A stretch of DNA of 64,000 nt from an uncultured Desulfosarcina sp. (GCA_963674945.2 CAXXWQ010000004.1:1888001-1952000), one strand, 5' to 3'. Shown: positions 31,761 to 42,756, counted from the first letter of the stretch. Numbers and translations are program-made. The notes: generated by a model not told the origin, from the sequence alone.

Positions 31761-33752
31761 TTACCGCTTAGCGCTGCAACTACGCTTGCGCCAGACCATC
31801 CAGAATACCGCTGCTGCGATCACAAACAGCATCGAGCCCATGTCCGGCTCCGGTACGTTGCGCGCACCCACGGCCATGTTGGATACGTGCAGGGGCAATG
31901 GCAGAGGTTGATCCACATCTGTTGCCGTATCTTCTGTGTTGCGCACCGTTTCGTGGACCGCAACAAAACTGGTATGGGCGGTCAGCATGTTATGGGCCAA
32001 GCCGATCCGGGTCACCTGCGCCTTGGTCTGTTCATCGTCTTCGACCGGTGAAAGGTCGATGAGCCCCTCCAGACGCCGCCGGGCCCAAAGATAAGGCAAT
32101 GCGTCATGGGCGTTTGACGGCAAGACATCGGATGCCTGGAAGAATTCTTCATACCGTCCGTCGCCGGCAGTTCCCCTGATACCGATGGTCCCGAAGGGTT
32201 CACCGCGCCACTTGCCGCAGATGATCAAGGGGCGCTGGGCAAACAGATCGGCCGGCTGCTCTGGTTCGACCTCGTAGGCGTCGAAACCTTCCATATCGAT
32301 CTCGATATCCGTGAGGACCGGCGCCGCGATATATTGCCTGAAACGGGCCGCGGCAACCGTGGCTTCATCGGCTTCGGTGACCACGAAGGGCTCCCCCTGC
32401 CCTGCCCTGGCCAGCCCTTCGATGAGATGGCGATTGACGCTGCTGCCGATCCCGAAAGCAAAAAAATTACACTGTCCCACCCCATCGGCGACCAGGCCGA
32501 ACACCCTCTTTTCCGCGGCGATATACCCATCGGTGACCACGACCATGGTGCGGGCATAGCCTTCATCGTGGGGCATGTCGAGACCGGTTGTAAGTGCCCT
32601 TGCCAGTTCGGTGCTGCCACCGCCTTTCTCGTTTTCGATGAATGTTACGGCAGCCTGAATGAGGGCCGGATCGGCCTGAATGGATCGGGGAGAGAGCAGT
32701 CGGGCCGCACCGGCAAAGAGGATCACATTGAACCGATCTTCGGGACGCAGGCCCGCCAATAGATCTTTCATCAGTAACTTGGCGGTATTCAGCGGGAAGC
32801 CATGCATGGAGCCGGAAACATCCAACACGAAAATATATTCCCGGGGCGGCATGTCCTCCGGCGCCACGCGATGGGGAGGCTGGACCATGAGCATGAAAAA
32901 GTTTTCCGCACCGCCACGATGCAGCATCAGCCCGGAATGGATCCGGTCGCCGCTGAGACGATAGTCCAGAACGAAATCCCTGTTGCCGCCGTGGGATTCT
33001 TCAGGCGCCAAGGAGATGTGTGCCTTGGATGGACCATCCCATGCCACATCGGTGGCGTGGGAAGAGCATGCCACCTGTTGGATGGGAATACCGCCGGCGA
33101 CGGTAACCCGGATCCCGAATATGCTGGTGGGTTTTTGCCCTTGGGTCAGGTAAGGATTTTGAAGCCATCGATGGTGGTCGTCGGCGCCTGTCTCGGATAT
33201 GGTGGAATAGCGCGGACCGACCACCGTGGGATACACAAACCGGTACATGCCCTCTTCGGGCACCAGCAGTTCGCTGTAGTGCAGGTCGATGGCGATGGTT
33301 TCGCCGGGCATGATGTTGGCCACGTTCATGGAGAACACATTGGGCCGCTGCTGCTCCAAAAGCGATGCGCTCCTGCCTTGGCTTTTGGCTTTGTCGAACA
33401 CCTTCCTGGCCTTGGAACGGGCTTTGATGCGGGCCTCGATGACCTCTTCCCCCACGGTCATACGCATCCCATGGACCGCCGCCCGGGTGGAGGAAGGAAA
33501 CACATAACGGGCGTTGATGGGCTGGGTACCCGTGTTGGCATAGGTCTGGGTCACCCGCACATCGGCGATTACCCCGCTGATCATCGCTTTCACCGATGTG
33601 GATTTCAGTGGAAAACTCTCCTGGCCTTCGGCGCCGCTCTCGACGAAAAAATAGGGCGAAAGGCGCTTTTCACCATTTTCCGCATCCGCCGGGACAACGC
33701 CGGCCCAGAACACCCCCAAAAGCAAACAAACAATCACTGCTTTCTTTCCCAT
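31761..33752 (-). CDS. VIT + von Willebrand A domain protein with C-terminal VPEP-CTERM sorting signal
   Basis: Signal peptide; VIT motifs (V.VTQTY.N, A.YVFP, ASLLEQQRPNVF); MIDAS DVSGSM, TDG, GIGSSVN; tail VPEP-hydrophobic helix-WRKR. Confidence 0.9.
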   Translation of the reverse strand: MGKKAVIVCLLLGVFWAGVVPADAENGEKRLSPYFFVESGAEGQESFPLKSTSVKAMISGVIADVRVTQTYANTGTQPINARYVFPSSTRAAVHGMRMTVGEEVIEARIKARSKARKVFDKAKSQGRSASLLEQQRPNVFSMNVANIMPGETIAIDLHYSELLVPEEGMYRFVYPTVVGPRYSTISETGADDHHRWLQNPYLTQGQKPTSIFGIRVTVAGGIPIQQVACSSHATDVAWDGPSKAHISLAPEESHGGNRDFVLDYRLSGDRIHSGLMLHRGGAENFFMLMVQPPHRVAPEDMPPREYIFVLDVSGSMHGFPLNTAKLLMKDLLAGLRPEDRFNVILFAGAARLLSPRSIQADPALIQAAVTFIENEKGGGSTELARALTTGLDMPHDEGYARTMVVVTDGYIAAEKRVFGLVADGVGQCNFFAFGIGSSVNRHLIEGLARAGQGEPFVVTEADEATVAAARFRQYIAAPVLTDIEIDMEGFDAYEVEPEQPADLFAQRPLIICGKWRGEPFGTIGIRGTAGDGRYEEFFQASDVLPSNAHDALPYLWARRRLEGLIDLSPVEDDEQTKAQVTRIGLAHNMLTAHTSFVAVHETVRNTEDTATDVDQPLPLPLHVSNMAVGARNVPEPDMGSMLFVIAAAVFWMVWRKRSCSAKR

Positions 33753-33817
33753 CATCAACCTCCATTGTTTTGTGCACCGATTCGTTTTCTCTTCTCCGCG
33801 CATCCTGCATGGAAGAA

Positions 33818-33855
33818 GTGAAATGAAAATGAAGGTTTTGTGAAAAGCGGATGAA
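33818..33855 (-). promoter_or_regulatory. cre-tag-like CreB binding array
   Basis: Minus strand TTCAT-N6-TTCAC-N6-TTCAT-N6-TTCAC; plus-strand RTGAA at 33818, 33829, 33840, 33851 (exact 11-bp period), about 65 bp upstream of the VIT gene. Confidence 0.75.
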
Positions 33856-34076
33856 AAAGAAAGGGGCAATCACAAAGCATGTATATCCGGTGGCAAAGGT
33901 GATGCTGGCTTGCTCGGGTCTCCACATCCCAACGGATTATCCTGTGGTCACGGCGATCTGCTGTTCGTTTTCGAAGATATCCAGATCCGGCGTAAAGACC
34001 AAGCCGGGCCTCGTCTGCTCGGCGGGGATCGCTACCTCTTGTTTTTCTTTTACCTGAAGATCTTTGGAGTCACTTA

Positions 34077-34358
34077 TTGTTTATCCGAAAACTCCTTCGC
34101 TCTCTGGCCACCCAGTTAGGGATCAAGCAAAAATCACCGTTCGACGACCTCATGGAGGATGAAAATGCATTGAACGCCATCGCGGCGGCGTCACCACCTG
34201 ACAATACGGTGAGGGAGCTGCGCATTCAAAAGACATTCGTTGTCAGCCAAAGATCGTTGGCCGCCCTGGAAGCAATAACCAAGCGTTCGCCGGCATCTCG
34301 GGATGACCTGGTTGAACGGTCGATCCAGCGGCTGCTGCCGATTCTCGAATTGGAATAA
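34077..34358 (+). pseudogene. truncated remnant of a conserved hypothetical protein
   Basis: LATQLGIKQKS.FD.LMED..AL..IA...QKTFVVS.RSL..LE...RD.LVE.SIQRLLPI looks protein-like but has no proper start or RBS and ends abruptly. Confidence 0.45.
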
Positions 34359-34743
34359 TTTTCAGCTCGAGTTGCCCTCCTATAAAATGAAAGATCCGCT
34401 CTTATGTTAACTTAGCCCTTTTGGCCGCAGTTATTTTAAGATACACTACCACAAGCAAGTGGCTCGAGCGGACACCAATCAACATGGCTCGGACCCTACG
34501 GACTGGCCAGCATCGTATTCACCGTGATCGTTCTCAACGCGCACCTACCCGGCAGAAAAACCATCACCATGACAGTCATTTGCACGGTTATTTGAGTTAC
34601 GTGTGACCGTCCACGGAATCAGCGCCAACGCTGCAGAAAAAGACGGCCAACGATGAATGACCAATGGTGAACATGCAGAAAAACTTCAGCAATAGACCTG
34701 TTGTAAAAGTTGCAATCAACCGATAATACAATCCATACGACGT

Positions 34744-37700
34744 ATGCAACAAAAAGTGAGAGGACCCATGTTTACCTACCGCCCCAGCATCCGGGACAAA
34801 CTCATTTCCATTTTCATTGTTATCAAAGTGTTGCCCCTCGTAGCCCTTGCGTGGTTCTCCTGGAAGGCCGTATCCCATTTGGCCTTTACTGTCGAGGGTC
34901 AGGTATCGGAAATGGTCTCCGAAAGCCGGGATGTTGTCGGACAGATTGGAAAGATATCCACGGAAAACTCAATTCGCGCCCTGGATGTAAAAGCCCGCGA
35001 GTCCATCGAGCGGTTGACGACGGATACAGCCAAATCCGTAGCGATGTTTTTGTATGACCGGGACCGGGACATCGAGCATGCCGCATCCCTCGAACCGTCT
35101 GAAACCGCATATAAAAAATTTCTTCGCCACCAGACCAAACCGGTAATCGATCATCGCCCCTGGGTGATGGATGACGCCGGCAAAACATGGGTTCCTGCCA
35201 GGCCTGTTACGCCGGCTGAACCGGTGGTTACATCCCAAAACCATGACAACCGCACCGATTTTCATTATCGCTTTCCGGAGCAGACAGGGATCACCCATCA
35301 ACGACCGTTGTTTTTAGAGATGACCTTTGTCGACCTTGCCGGACACGAGAAGGTCAAGGTGACCACCTCAGCGCGGATGGACCGCCACCTGCGGAATATC
35401 AGCAAAAAGGAAAATACATACTGCAAGGCGGAAACGTATTTTGACAAGCTGAAAACCCTGAAACCCGGTGATATCTATGTGTCCGATGTGATTGGCGCCT
35501 ATGTGAAGGGTTACATGATCGGCCCCTACACCAAGGCCAGGGCTAAGGAGCAGGGGATGCCGTTTGCCCCCGAATCATCGGGGTATGCCGGGAAAGAAAA
35601 TCCTGTGGGCAAGCGGTTTGAAGGCATTATCCGCTGGGCCACCCCGGTTGTGGACAATGGCGCGATAACCGGGTACGTCACACTGGCACTTGATCATGTG
35701 CATGTGATGGAGTTTACGGATCATATCATTCCGACCGAAGAACGCTACTCTCCCATATCGGATGCCGGAAGTGGGAATTATGCATTCATGTGGGACTACT
35801 TGGGCCGCTGCATATCCCACCCTCGCGACTATTTTATCGTCGGGCATGACCCGTCCACCGGAGAAATTGCCGTGCCATGGCTCGATGAGGAGTTGTATAC
35901 CTCCTGGCAAAAAAGCAATTTGCCCATCAGCCGATTTTTGGAAACCGTCCCCCGGTTCAAGGAACAATCCTTGAGAAAGAGACCTGCGGCGTCTCTGACA
36001 AAAGCGGGGCTGGTCGCTTTGGACGGACGCTTTCTCAATTTTGCCCCCCAATGCACCGGATGGCACAACCTGACACAAAATGGCGGTTCAGGATCATTTC
36101 TTATCTACTGGAGCGGTTTGTGGAAACTGACAACCGCCGCTGCGATCCCCTATTTCACAGGTCAATATGGCGATCACCCCCGAGGATTCGGATATGTGAC
36201 CATCGGGGCCAATGTGGATGAGTTTCACCGGGCCGCCAATGAAACCGCCGATAGAATCGAAACCATCGAAAAGACATACCAATCGAGTCTAAAAGCCAAA
36301 TCGGAGCGAAACAAAGCCGCCATGGCCCGGACCTTGAAAGATACGGCCAGAGACCTCGGGCTCTACACTTCGCTGATGATCGTCATCGTTATTTTCATTG
36401 CCATTTGGATGGCAGCCGCCCTCACCGGCAAAATCACTAGCATGATCAAGGGGATCGGGCGTTTTCAACGGGGAGAGCGCGGGCACCGCCTGGAAAGAAA
36501 ATCCACGGATGAGATGGGACGGTTGGCACAGGCGTTCAACGATATGGCCGACAGCGTGGAACAATCCATAGAAGAGATGCAAACTGCCAAAGAGACCGCT
36601 GAAAATACCAATATACTGTTAAAGGCTGAGATCGAAGAGAGGGAAAAAGCGGAGAAAGCCCTCGCCCGCCATCGTGACAATCTGGAAGTACGGGTCAAAG
36701 AGAGGACCCGGAAACTGGAAATAGAGATCGCAGACCGTAAAAGAATCGAAAAGATACAGCAAAACAGCGAAGACCGCCTCCGAAGACAGAATGACAGTCT
36801 TGTAAAATTGGCCAGAAATGAAGCGATTTATCTGGGCAATTTTAACGATGCGGTGCGGCTCATCGTGGAAACCGCGGCCCAAACCATGGACGTGGAACGC
36901 TGCAGCGTGTGGATGTTTGATAAAAACCACGATAAAATTGAATTGTTGGCATGTTATACATTGAGTTCCAAGTCCCATGTCACTGGCGGTGAGCTACTGG
37001 CTGACGATCACCCCGTCTACTTCAAAGCACTCGCGTCGGACCGGGTGATCGCCGCATCGGACGCCTATCACGACGTTAGAACAAAAGAATTTGCAAAGCA
37101 CTACCTGCCGGCGAATGATATCGTGTCCATGCTGGACGTAAGCATATTGACCCATGGCGAAGTGGTGGGTGTTGTATGTGTCGAACAAAAAGCGGAGAAA
37201 CGGCATTGGAAAATTGATGAGATTCAATTTATCAGTTCCATCTCCGATCTGGTTGCGCTGTCCTTGAATGCATCCGAGCGCCGGCAGGCGGAAATGGAAA
37301 AAAAAGAACTGGAGTATCGCCTTCACCGCGCAGAGAAGATGGAGGCCATCGGAACGCTGGCAGGTGGAGTGGCCCACGATCTGAACAATATTCTTTCCGG
37401 AATCGTCAGCTATCCGGAACTGCTGCTCATGAAGTTACCCACCGGCAGTGATATGAAAAATCCCCTGGAGACCATATTGAGTGCCGGGAAACGCGCCGCG
37501 GCAATCGTACAGGATCTTTTAACCCTGGCAAGACGGGGCGTGGTCGTATCGGAAACCGTGAATTTGAACACCATCGTTTCAGATTACCTGGACAGCCCCG
37601 AACATCGCAAACTCATTTCGTTTCATCCAATGGTAAACGTCAAGATCGATCTTGATCCGGATTTGATGAATATCTCCGGCTCTCCCGTTCATCTGTCCAA

Positions 37701-38469
37701 GACGATCATGAACCTGGTATCCAACTCCGTTGAGGCGATGCCGGAAGGCGGGTCTATCTCGATATCCACACAAAACAAGTACGTGGATCTGCCCATCGGG
37801 GGTTACAGCGATGTGACCGAAGGCGATTACGCCGTCCTGACCGTTACCGATACGGGTTTCGGTATTTCCCCTGACGATTTACGTCACATCTTCGAACCCT
37901 TTTATACAAAAAAGAAAATGGGGCGAAGCGGCACAGGCTTGGGTATGGCGGTGGTGTGGGGAACGGTGGATGACCACAAAGGCTACATCGATGTGGAAAG
38001 CCGCGAAGGAACCGGAACTCGTTTTACGCTCTATTTTCCGGTCATCCGAGAAACCCTTGAGAGGAATCAGATCAACGTCTTGACGGACGAAGACTGCCGC
38101 GGCGACGGAGAAACAATTCTTATTGTCGATGACGTGGAAGAACAGCGGACCATTGCCTCGATGATTCTATCGGAACTCGGCTATCGGGTCACGGCCGTAT
38201 CCAGCGGTGAGATGGCCATCGACTATTTGTCTTCCCATTCGGTTGATCTGATCGTCCTCGACATGATCATGGACCCGGGTATGGATGGCCTCGATACTTA
38301 CCGAAAAGTGATCGAGCTGCATCCCGGCCAAAAGGCCATTATCGCCAGCGGCTACTCTGAAACGGAACGGGTTCGCGCGGCACACAAGCTGGGAGTGGGT
38401 CAATATTTGAAAAAACCCTACTCCCTGAAACAGCTTGGCAGGGCCGTAAAGGTTGAACTGAACCGATGA
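34744..38469 (+). CDS. hybrid sensor histidine kinase (large periplasmic domain-HAMP-GAF-HisKA-HATPase-REC)
   Basis: Two TM segments; DEMGRLAQAFNDMA; GTLAGGVAHDLNNIL; GTGLGMAVV; C-terminal receiver; start may be 34768. Confidence 0.92.
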   Translation: MQQKVRGPMFTYRPSIRDKLISIFIVIKVLPLVALAWFSWKAVSHLAFTVEGQVSEMVSESRDVVGQIGKISTENSIRALDVKARESIERLTTDTAKSVAMFLYDRDRDIEHAASLEPSETAYKKFLRHQTKPVIDHRPWVMDDAGKTWVPARPVTPAEPVVTSQNHDNRTDFHYRFPEQTGITHQRPLFLEMTFVDLAGHEKVKVTTSARMDRHLRNISKKENTYCKAETYFDKLKTLKPGDIYVSDVIGAYVKGYMIGPYTKARAKEQGMPFAPESSGYAGKENPVGKRFEGIIRWATPVVDNGAITGYVTLALDHVHVMEFTDHIIPTEERYSPISDAGSGNYAFMWDYLGRCISHPRDYFIVGHDPSTGEIAVPWLDEELYTSWQKSNLPISRFLETVPRFKEQSLRKRPAASLTKAGLVALDGRFLNFAPQCTGWHNLTQNGGSGSFLIYWSGLWKLTTAAAIPYFTGQYGDHPRGFGYVTIGANVDEFHRAANETADRIETIEKTYQSSLKAKSERNKAAMARTLKDTARDLGLYTSLMIVIVIFIAIWMAAALTGKITSMIKGIGRFQRGERGHRLERKSTDEMGRLAQAFNDMADSVEQSIEEMQTAKETAENTNILLKAEIEEREKAEKALARHRDNLEVRVKERTRKLEIEIADRKRIEKIQQNSEDRLRRQNDSLVKLARNEAIYLGNFNDAVRLIVETAAQTMDVERCSVWMFDKNHDKIELLACYTLSSKSHVTGGELLADDHPVYFKALASDRVIAASDAYHDVRTKEFAKHYLPANDIVSMLDVSILTHGEVVGVVCVEQKAEKRHWKIDEIQFISSISDLVALSLNASERRQAEMEKKELEYRLHRAEKMEAIGTLAGGVAHDLNNILSGIVSYPELLLMKLPTGSDMKNPLETILSAGKRAAAIVQDLLTLARRGVVVSETVNLNTIVSDYLDSPEHRKLISFHPMVNVKIDLDPDLMNISGSPVHLSKTIMNLVSNSVEAMPEGGSISISTQNKYVDLPIGGYSDVTEGDYAVLTVTDTGFGISPDDLRHIFEPFYTKKKMGRSGTGLGMAVVWGTVDDHKGYIDVESREGTGTRFTLYFPVIRETLERNQINVLTDEDCRGDGETILIVDDVEEQRTIASMILSELGYRVTAVSSGEMAIDYLSSHSVDLIVLDMIMDPGMDGLDTYRKVIELHPGQKAIIASGYSETERVRAAHKLGVGQYLKKPYSLKQLGRAVKVELNR

Positions 38470-38665
38470 AATGCAATAAGTCCCTCATATTCCGGATGGC
38501 GAACAAACGGATTGACGCCGTTTTTGGGGGACTTTCTCTCATCGGATTTCTGCTGCGGGCTCTCTTTTCTCATCTCGGCTATCTGTTGATTTCAGGAGTA
38601 AACTTGTAACGAGTTGTTACGAAAACGTTGTCAAAGCCCTATTCTTCGCATAGAATACAAACGAT

Positions 38666-40204
38666 ATGATGAAATTCAGATTCAGAATATGGCTGGTAGC
38701 ATGGATGCTTACCGGACTTCTGGCCGGCGGTTGTGCCACAATATCCTTCGATGAACCCAAGTCAACCACGACTGCGATTACCGACACCGCCGCCACGGTA
38801 CTGGGCAGGTATGCCGCAGCCAAGACGGAACATCTTGACGGTCAGTCGGCTTTTTATCCTCTGAGCCATGGTATGGATGCCCTTGGCGTTCGACTCCACC
38901 TGGCGGATATGGCGGAAAAATGCATCGACCTGCAGTATTTCTTAATGAAAAACGATACCGCCGGCGCCGTCATGGCCAAGGCATTGCTCAAAGCGGCGGA
39001 CCGGGGCGTCCGAATCCGTTTTCTGCTGGATGACGTTTTCACCACCGTACCCGATGACAGTTTCCTGCTGATCAACAAACATCCAAACATCGAAATCAGA
39101 ATATTCAATCCCGTTTCCCGAAGCGGTATCTACGCCATTAACTATGCTGCCCAGTTCGCCCAAGCGAACCGGCGCATGCACAACAAATCCTTCACGGTGG
39201 ACAATTCCATCAGCGTCGTCGGAGGACGTAACATTGCCGATGAGTACTTCCAGCTAAAAGAAAACGCTGTATTTGTCGACTTCGATGTGTTGGCTGTTGG
39301 ACCTATAACGGACGAGATTTCTCATTCCTTCGATCAATATTGGAACCACTCGCGCGCCGTTCCCATCGACCAATTCATCGAAGATAAAAAAGGCGAAAAT
39401 CTGGAAGATGTTCGGGAAGAAATCGCCGAAGAACTCGATGATATTTATGAAACCGTGTTCAACCAGGCACTGGAAAGCCAATTGTTGCAAGATCTCATCG
39501 CGGATCGAAGGACGCTGTACACGGGTCCGGCGATGGTACTCGCCGATGATCCCGACAAGCTCATCAACCCGATCGACGAAGTGCACATGAAGCTCGCACA
39601 GAATTTGCGGGACATCCTGCATCAGGCGGAAAAAGAAATCATCTTCATTACCCCCTACTACATACCGGGAAAGCGTGGTGTGCAGCTTGCCAACGACTTG
39701 GCGGCCAAGGGGCTGCGCGCGGTGATCATCACCAATTCACTGGCGTCAACCAATCATGTGCCTGTTCATTCCGCCTATGCCCGATATCGCCGGGATATCA
39801 TTCGGGCCGGAATCGAATTGTATGAGATACGCGCCAATGCCGCCCAGGAATTGACCGGTGATGCGCATGCCCCGGAAAGGTTGACCCTGCATACCAAGGC
39901 CATTATCGTCGACGAACGGTACCTTTTTATCGGTTCACTGAATCTCGACCCGCGCTCCATCGAAATCAACGCAGAAATGGGCCTGTTCATCGACTGCCCC
40001 CCCCTGGCCACCCGATATACACGGAACGGAGACGAGCGAATATCGGCCCTTACCTACCGGGTACGGGAAAGCGACGAGAAGAAACTGGAATGGCACGGCC
40101 GGATCGACGGCCGGGAGGTGATCGAAACAAATGAGCCGCTGACCGGTTGGTGGCGACGCTTCAAGGCCTGGTTCATGAAAATCGCCCCGGAGAGCCAATT
40201 GTAA
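38666..40204 (+). CDS. phospholipase D family lipoprotein (ClsC-like)
   Basis: Lipobox LAGGC; two HKD motifs, HNKSFTVD and HTKAIIVD; GSLNLDPRS. Confidence 0.9.
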   Translation: MMKFRFRIWLVAWMLTGLLAGGCATISFDEPKSTTTAITDTAATVLGRYAAAKTEHLDGQSAFYPLSHGMDALGVRLHLADMAEKCIDLQYFLMKNDTAGAVMAKALLKAADRGVRIRFLLDDVFTTVPDDSFLLINKHPNIEIRIFNPVSRSGIYAINYAAQFAQANRRMHNKSFTVDNSISVVGGRNIADEYFQLKENAVFVDFDVLAVGPITDEISHSFDQYWNHSRAVPIDQFIEDKKGENLEDVREEIAEELDDIYETVFNQALESQLLQDLIADRRTLYTGPAMVLADDPDKLINPIDEVHMKLAQNLRDILHQAEKEIIFITPYYIPGKRGVQLANDLAAKGLRAVIITNSLASTNHVPVHSAYARYRRDIIRAGIELYEIRANAAQELTGDAHAPERLTLHTKAIIVDERYLFIGSLNLDPRSIEINAEMGLFIDCPPLATRYTRNGDERISALTYRVRESDEKKLEWHGRIDGREVIETNEPLTGWWRRFKAWFMKIAPESQL

Positions 40205-40251
40205 ACACCCGGAAAGGGAAATGGTGTATGCCCGATTATCACCAGTTTGCC

Positions 40252-40527
40252 ATGATACAGGAAAATGAAGTGATCATGCTGGTCCTCGGCGTGGGTGTGC
40301 TGATCTTCATCATCAGCAATTATGCGAGGCTGAAACCATACCCTTCGATACACATTCTGATCGCCGGATTCTGTTTCAGCCTGCTGGGGTGGTCGCTGAC
40401 CGTTGCCGAGGGTTTCCTGCTGGGCGCGACGCTGAATGTTGCCGAACATCTCTGTTACCTTTTCAGTGTCTTGTGTATCGCCTTGTGGCTGCACAAAGCA
40501 TTTGTCGCCGCCAAGGAGACGGATTGA
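40252..40527 (+). CDS. small integral membrane protein
   Basis: Three hydrophobic segments; stop overlaps the start of the next kinase (TGATG). Confidence 0.7.
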   Translation: MIQENEVIMLVLGVGVLIFIISNYARLKPYPSIHILIAGFCFSLLGWSLTVAEGFLLGATLNVAEHLCYLFSVLCIALWLHKAFVAAKETD

Positions 40528-42722
40528 TGCACCCGGTGGCCTTCATCGACCTGTTGACACTTGTCACCCTTGTCGGCACCACCATTTCATTGATCGTCGC
40601 ATCACGACGACTTCATTACCGGGACCCCGTGCTGATATTCGGGTTCCTTCTTTTTTTGGATCTATACTATACATTGCTCTTTCTTGAATGGCTGTGGTCG
40701 AGTGCCGTGTTCGACCGACTGGAAGACTTTGCCGGAACGCTGGTACCCATGTGGTGGGTGTTTCTTTTTTACAACATCCTGCAGAAAATCGGCAGTCGCA
40801 AACTGGCACACAACCAACGCCGTTATCAGATGGTGGTGGACAATATCAGCGAATTGATCGTCAAGATCGATGAAGAGAATCGGATACTATTCGCAAGTCC
40901 GTCGTTTTGCACCATTGCCGAAAAATCCGAAGAGGAATTGATCGGCGCCTCTTATCCATCCGTCATGGGGATGGAGGGCGGCCATCCGGTGCTTGCGCTC
41001 CTGGATCGGGCCAAGGCCCCACCTTACGCTGCCGTTTATGAAACGTCTCTCCAAACACGGCGTGGCGAGCGCTGGTTTGCATGGAATGCCATAGGGCTCT
41101 TGGCGTCTTCCGAAACGGAAGTACGAATCCTTACTGTCGGTCGCGACGTTACCGAAAAGAAAACCTTCGAAGCCGCCCTGCAGGAAAGCCGGGACCTGCA
41201 CCGCCAAGCCCAGCGATTGGCCAAGCTGGGACACTGGGAGTTACAAATAGACAGCTACAGTATAAGTGGTTCGGAGGAGTTGTATCGGATCTTTGAAATC
41301 GACAAAGTAAAACCTTTACAATGGAATTCTTTTTTAAATGGGGTACATCCAGAAGACCGTGCGATTGTCGAAGATAGTTTTTCCCAAACGATCGAAAGCG
41401 GTGTCGAAGGAGAAGCCGACTATCGCTTCGTTTTTCCGGACGGTAGAATCAAATTTATTCATTCCAAGGGCCACGCCGTTTCAGATAATACCGGAAAAAT
41501 AATAAAAATAATGGGCACAGTCCAGGATGTGACCAATCTCAAAGAAGCCGAGATGGCGAAAGAGTCATCGGAACGGAAACTGCGGCAGGCCCAGAAGATG
41601 GAAGCCATCGGTACGCTGGCCGGGGGAATTGCCCATGACTTCAACAACATCCTGACCTCCCTCATCGGATTCACCCAGATTGCCATGGCAGAATTGCCCC
41701 GGGGGCATGCTGCCGCCGGACACCTCGACCATGTGCTCCAGGCGGGGTTGCGCGCCAGAGACCTGGTCGCCCAGATCCTTACTTTCAGCCGGCAGAGCGA
41801 GCAGAAGGCCGAAACCACCCAGTTGAACGTGATTATCAAGGAAGTGACCAAGCTGCTGAGGGCCACCATCCCGGCCAACATTGAAATCCGGCAGAAGATC
41901 GCCACCCGGGACTGCTTCATCCTGGCCGACCCGATCCAGATCCATCAGATCCTGATGAACCTGTGCACCAACGCCTACCAGTCCATCGGCCATGACAATG
42001 GTTGGATCTCCATTTCCTTAGAAAAAGTGGCGATCGGCCCGGACGATTTTCAGGAAGTATCGGACCTCACACCAGGCAAGTACGCCCACATTTCGGTCAC
42101 CGATACAGGCCACGGAATGGCTTCGGAAACCCTTTCAAAAGTCTTCGACCCTTACTTCACCACAAAGAAGAAGGGGGAAGGCACCGGCCTGGGATTGGCT
42201 GTGGTACACGGTATCGTCCGGGAGCATGAGGGCCATATCACGGTCTACAGTGAACCCGGCCGGGGTACTTCCTTCAACGTTTACCTGCCCTGCGCCGAAG
42301 CGGTGAAAGATAGTTGCCGGAGTAATATGGAACTTCAGATGCTGACCGGGTCAGAGCACATCCTGATCGTTGATGACGAAGAATCAATTTTATTGATGAT
42401 GAGCGAAACGCTCAACAGCTTGGGCTATCGCGTCACAACCTTTACACAGGCTCAACGGGCCGTTGAGTTTTTGCAGTCCCGGCCAAACGATTGCGACCTT
42501 GTCATCACCGACCTGATCATGCCGGCCATGAACGGGGAAGAACTGGCACAACGGATTCATCAGATCGACCCGCACATTCCCATCGTTATTCAGACAGGTT
42601 TCAGTGATGATATTCGACTCGAAGGGCTCGATTCCATCGGCGTTGCCGGGGTGCTGAGAAAACCGATTTTGCGAACCGACTTGAACCGGTGTATCCGACG
42701 GATGTTAGAAAACAGGGAATGA
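40527..42722 (+). CDS. hybrid PAS sensor histidine kinase/response regulator
   Basis: N-terminal TMs, two PAS domains, GTLAGGIAHDFNNIL, GTGLGLAVV, receiver ILIVDDE. Confidence 0.92.
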   Translation: MHPVAFIDLLTLVTLVGTTISLIVASRRLHYRDPVLIFGFLLFLDLYYTLLFLEWLWSSAVFDRLEDFAGTLVPMWWVFLFYNILQKIGSRKLAHNQRRYQMVVDNISELIVKIDEENRILFASPSFCTIAEKSEEELIGASYPSVMGMEGGHPVLALLDRAKAPPYAAVYETSLQTRRGERWFAWNAIGLLASSETEVRILTVGRDVTEKKTFEAALQESRDLHRQAQRLAKLGHWELQIDSYSISGSEELYRIFEIDKVKPLQWNSFLNGVHPEDRAIVEDSFSQTIESGVEGEADYRFVFPDGRIKFIHSKGHAVSDNTGKIIKIMGTVQDVTNLKEAEMAKESSERKLRQAQKMEAIGTLAGGIAHDFNNILTSLIGFTQIAMAELPRGHAAAGHLDHVLQAGLRARDLVAQILTFSRQSEQKAETTQLNVIIKEVTKLLRATIPANIEIRQKIATRDCFILADPIQIHQILMNLCTNAYQSIGHDNGWISISLEKVAIGPDDFQEVSDLTPGKYAHISVTDTGHGMASETLSKVFDPYFTTKKKGEGTGLGLAVVHGIVREHEGHITVYSEPGRGTSFNVYLPCAEAVKDSCRSNMELQMLTGSEHILIVDDEESILLMMSETLNSLGYRVTTFTQAQRAVEFLQSRPNDCDLVITDLIMPAMNGEELAQRIHQIDPHIPIVIQTGFSDDIRLEGLDSIGVAGVLRKPILRTDLNRCIRRMLENRE

Positions 42723-42756
42723 CCAAATTGGACGACGACTTTCCCAGGGTAAGACG

